64,000 nucleotides of DNA from an uncultured Verrucomicrobiota bacterium (GTDB lineage Bacteria > Verrucomicrobiota > Verrucomicrobiia > Limisphaerales > UBA1319). Both the position numbers and the translations under genes were made by a program. A model generated the notes under the pieces. That model was not told the DNA's origin, did not search any database, and was given only the letters and a program-made list of their open reading frames with translations. How positions within the stretch are numbered: position 1 is the stretch's first letter; every line of letters starts with the position of its first letter. This document shows positions 63,076 to 64,000 of the stretch, in pieces. The stretch spans positions 4,930 to 68,929 of the forward strand of contig CAZIDG010000011.1 of assembly GCA_964538065.1 (NCBI GenBank), in the 5' to 3' direction.

Positions 63076-64000
63076 TCACAGAGTCACATCAACAGGCTGA
63101 CCAGGGTGCAGGACAACTGGATCAGGCTGGTCAAAAAAGGCCTCGACCATGAACACCAATTTGGCCCGATTCTGACTCGTATATAACACAGGCGGGGTAT
63201 ATTCAGCCTGGGGTGAGATATATCGGATGGTGGCCGCATACGCTTGTGCGGCACCATCAGGACGCACCCTGATCGACTGCCCTGTCTTGATTTCCCCAAG
63301 GCGCGTTTGAGATATGAAGAAACGCACCTTCACATGAGAGGGAGGCAGGAGGGCAACCACTGGAACTCCAGCGGGAACAAATTCACCGGGCCGGTAGAGG
63401 GTATCGAACACCAATCCGTTGGTCAGCGATGTCTGCTGTTTCTGGTCCACGCTCCACTGAGCCTTCGCCAGAGTGGCACTCACCGCGGCCACATCCGCCT
63501 CGGCGGCAACCACCTCATCCTGTCGTCCCCCCAGCCGGGCGGTCGCCAGATCGGACGTCCCCTGCTCCACCAGACGCTGGTCACGTTCATAAGCTGACCG
63601 CATGCGATCGAATTCGGACTTGGAAAGGACGCCTTGAACGATCAGTTGTTCCCCCCGATGGAACTCGGCCTCGCTCAGTTTCAGGCTGGCCCTGGCCTGG
63701 TCCAGCCTGGCTTCCAAGGACGCGACCTCGGTGGGGCGCTGGCCCTTCTTGAGATTGGCCAGACGTGCCTGGGCTTGCGCGAGACGGTTGGAGGCCTCGT
63801 CACGCACCGCCAGATCGGCCTTATGCTCCAAAACGAACAAGGGCTGCCCTGCGGCTACCACATCCCCCTTCTTCACGGGCAGGGACTGCAACTGGCCCGC
63901 CAAGGGCGCTGCAACATAAACAAATTCACCTTCGATATACCCCTGCAACTCCGGGGTCACTTTCCGCTGACAGCCCGACCATGCCAGCACCATGGCCAGG
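63076..64000 (-). CDS. HlyD/membrane-fusion family protein; N-terminus runs off the right window edge
   Basis: 'GYIEGEFVYVAAPLAGQLQSLPVKKGDVVAAGQPLFVLE', a coiled coil, and beta-barrel 'VRVRPDG..YISPQAEYTPP'. The frame is still open at base 64000. '..LAMVLAWSGC' looks like the end of a lipoprotein signal, so the true start lies outside the window. Confidence 0.85.
   Translation of the reverse strand, partial: LAMVLAWSGCQRKVTPELQGYIEGEFVYVAAPLAGQLQSLPVKKGDVVAAGQPLFVLEHKADLAVRDEASNRLAQAQARLANLKKGQRPTEVASLEARLDQARASLKLSEAEFHRGEQLIVQGVLSKSEFDRMRSAYERDQRLVEQGTSDLATARLGGRQDEVVAAEADVAAVSATLAKAQWSVDQKQQTSLTNGLVFDTLYRPGEFVPAGVPVVALLPPSHVKVRFFISQTRLGEIKTGQSIRVRPDGAAQAYAATIRYISPQAEYTPPVLYTSQNRAKLVFMVEAFFDQPDPVVLHPGQPVDVTL

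Noticed and set aside
1-64000. CRISPR arrays, tRNA/rRNA genes, integrases, reverse transcriptases (DGR/retron) and known defence-system genes.
   Set aside because: I saw no regularly spaced direct repeats. The only 'GGTTCGA'-like T-arm strings (e.g. ~18113, ~45409, ~56003) lie inside well-supported CDSs with no cloverleaf context. No ORF has RT, integrase, nuclease-helicase or Cas-like motifs. The variability among LTD paralogs looks like old divergence rather than template/variable-repeat pairs.

Overview
This 64 kb window is densely coding, with about 45 genes and no rRNA, tRNA, CRISPR array or intact mobile element that I could see. It most likely comes from a PVC-superphylum bacterium (Verrucomicrobiota/Planctomycetota-like). 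The taxonomic clues are a DUF1559/H-X9-DG prepilin-like gene, many lamin-tail-domain (LTD) proteins, an exosortase, and TSP3-like acidic repeats. Gene order, left to right: (1) a secreted ADP-ribosylglycohydrolase-family gene (truncated by the left edge, absent from the ORF track), a LacI regulator and a GxGYxYP-like protein; (2) an exosortase-EpsI fusion translationally coupled to a TPR protein; (3) cutC; (4) an L-rhamnose locus (AraC regulator, rhaA, rhaT, lutABC) with no rhaB/rhaD; (5) a 751-aa acyl-CoA-dehydrogenase-like gene plus ETF:quinone oxidoreductase, then an opposite-strand DUF1559 gene, then etfB-etfA-ABM-Fe-ADH; (6) a ~20 kb all-minus-strand block of secreted proteins: S46 peptidase, a 263-aa secreted protein, a small lipoprotein, then four large LTD proteins (1659, 802, 1884, 806 aa); (7) housekeeping and miscellaneous genes (Gfo/Idh/MocA, OmpA-like, radical SAM, DUF418, PQQ-like propeller, gcvT-gcvH, HU/IHF, hisS, rnd, 2Fe-2S/ASKHA protein, UbiA, Nudix, Ser/Thr kinase, methyltransferase, ABC-2 exporter with HlyD, truncated at the right edge). 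The best candidate for an uncharacterised system is the LTD block. It reads as a tandem duplication of a two-gene cassette: a giant LTD+CotH-kinase-like protein followed by a ~800-aa 4xLTD/TSP3 protein. Five neighbouring secreted proteins also share a short extreme-C-terminal module ending in [FY][FY]R[LVA]. All family calls come from reading motifs in the translations by eye; no database search was run.
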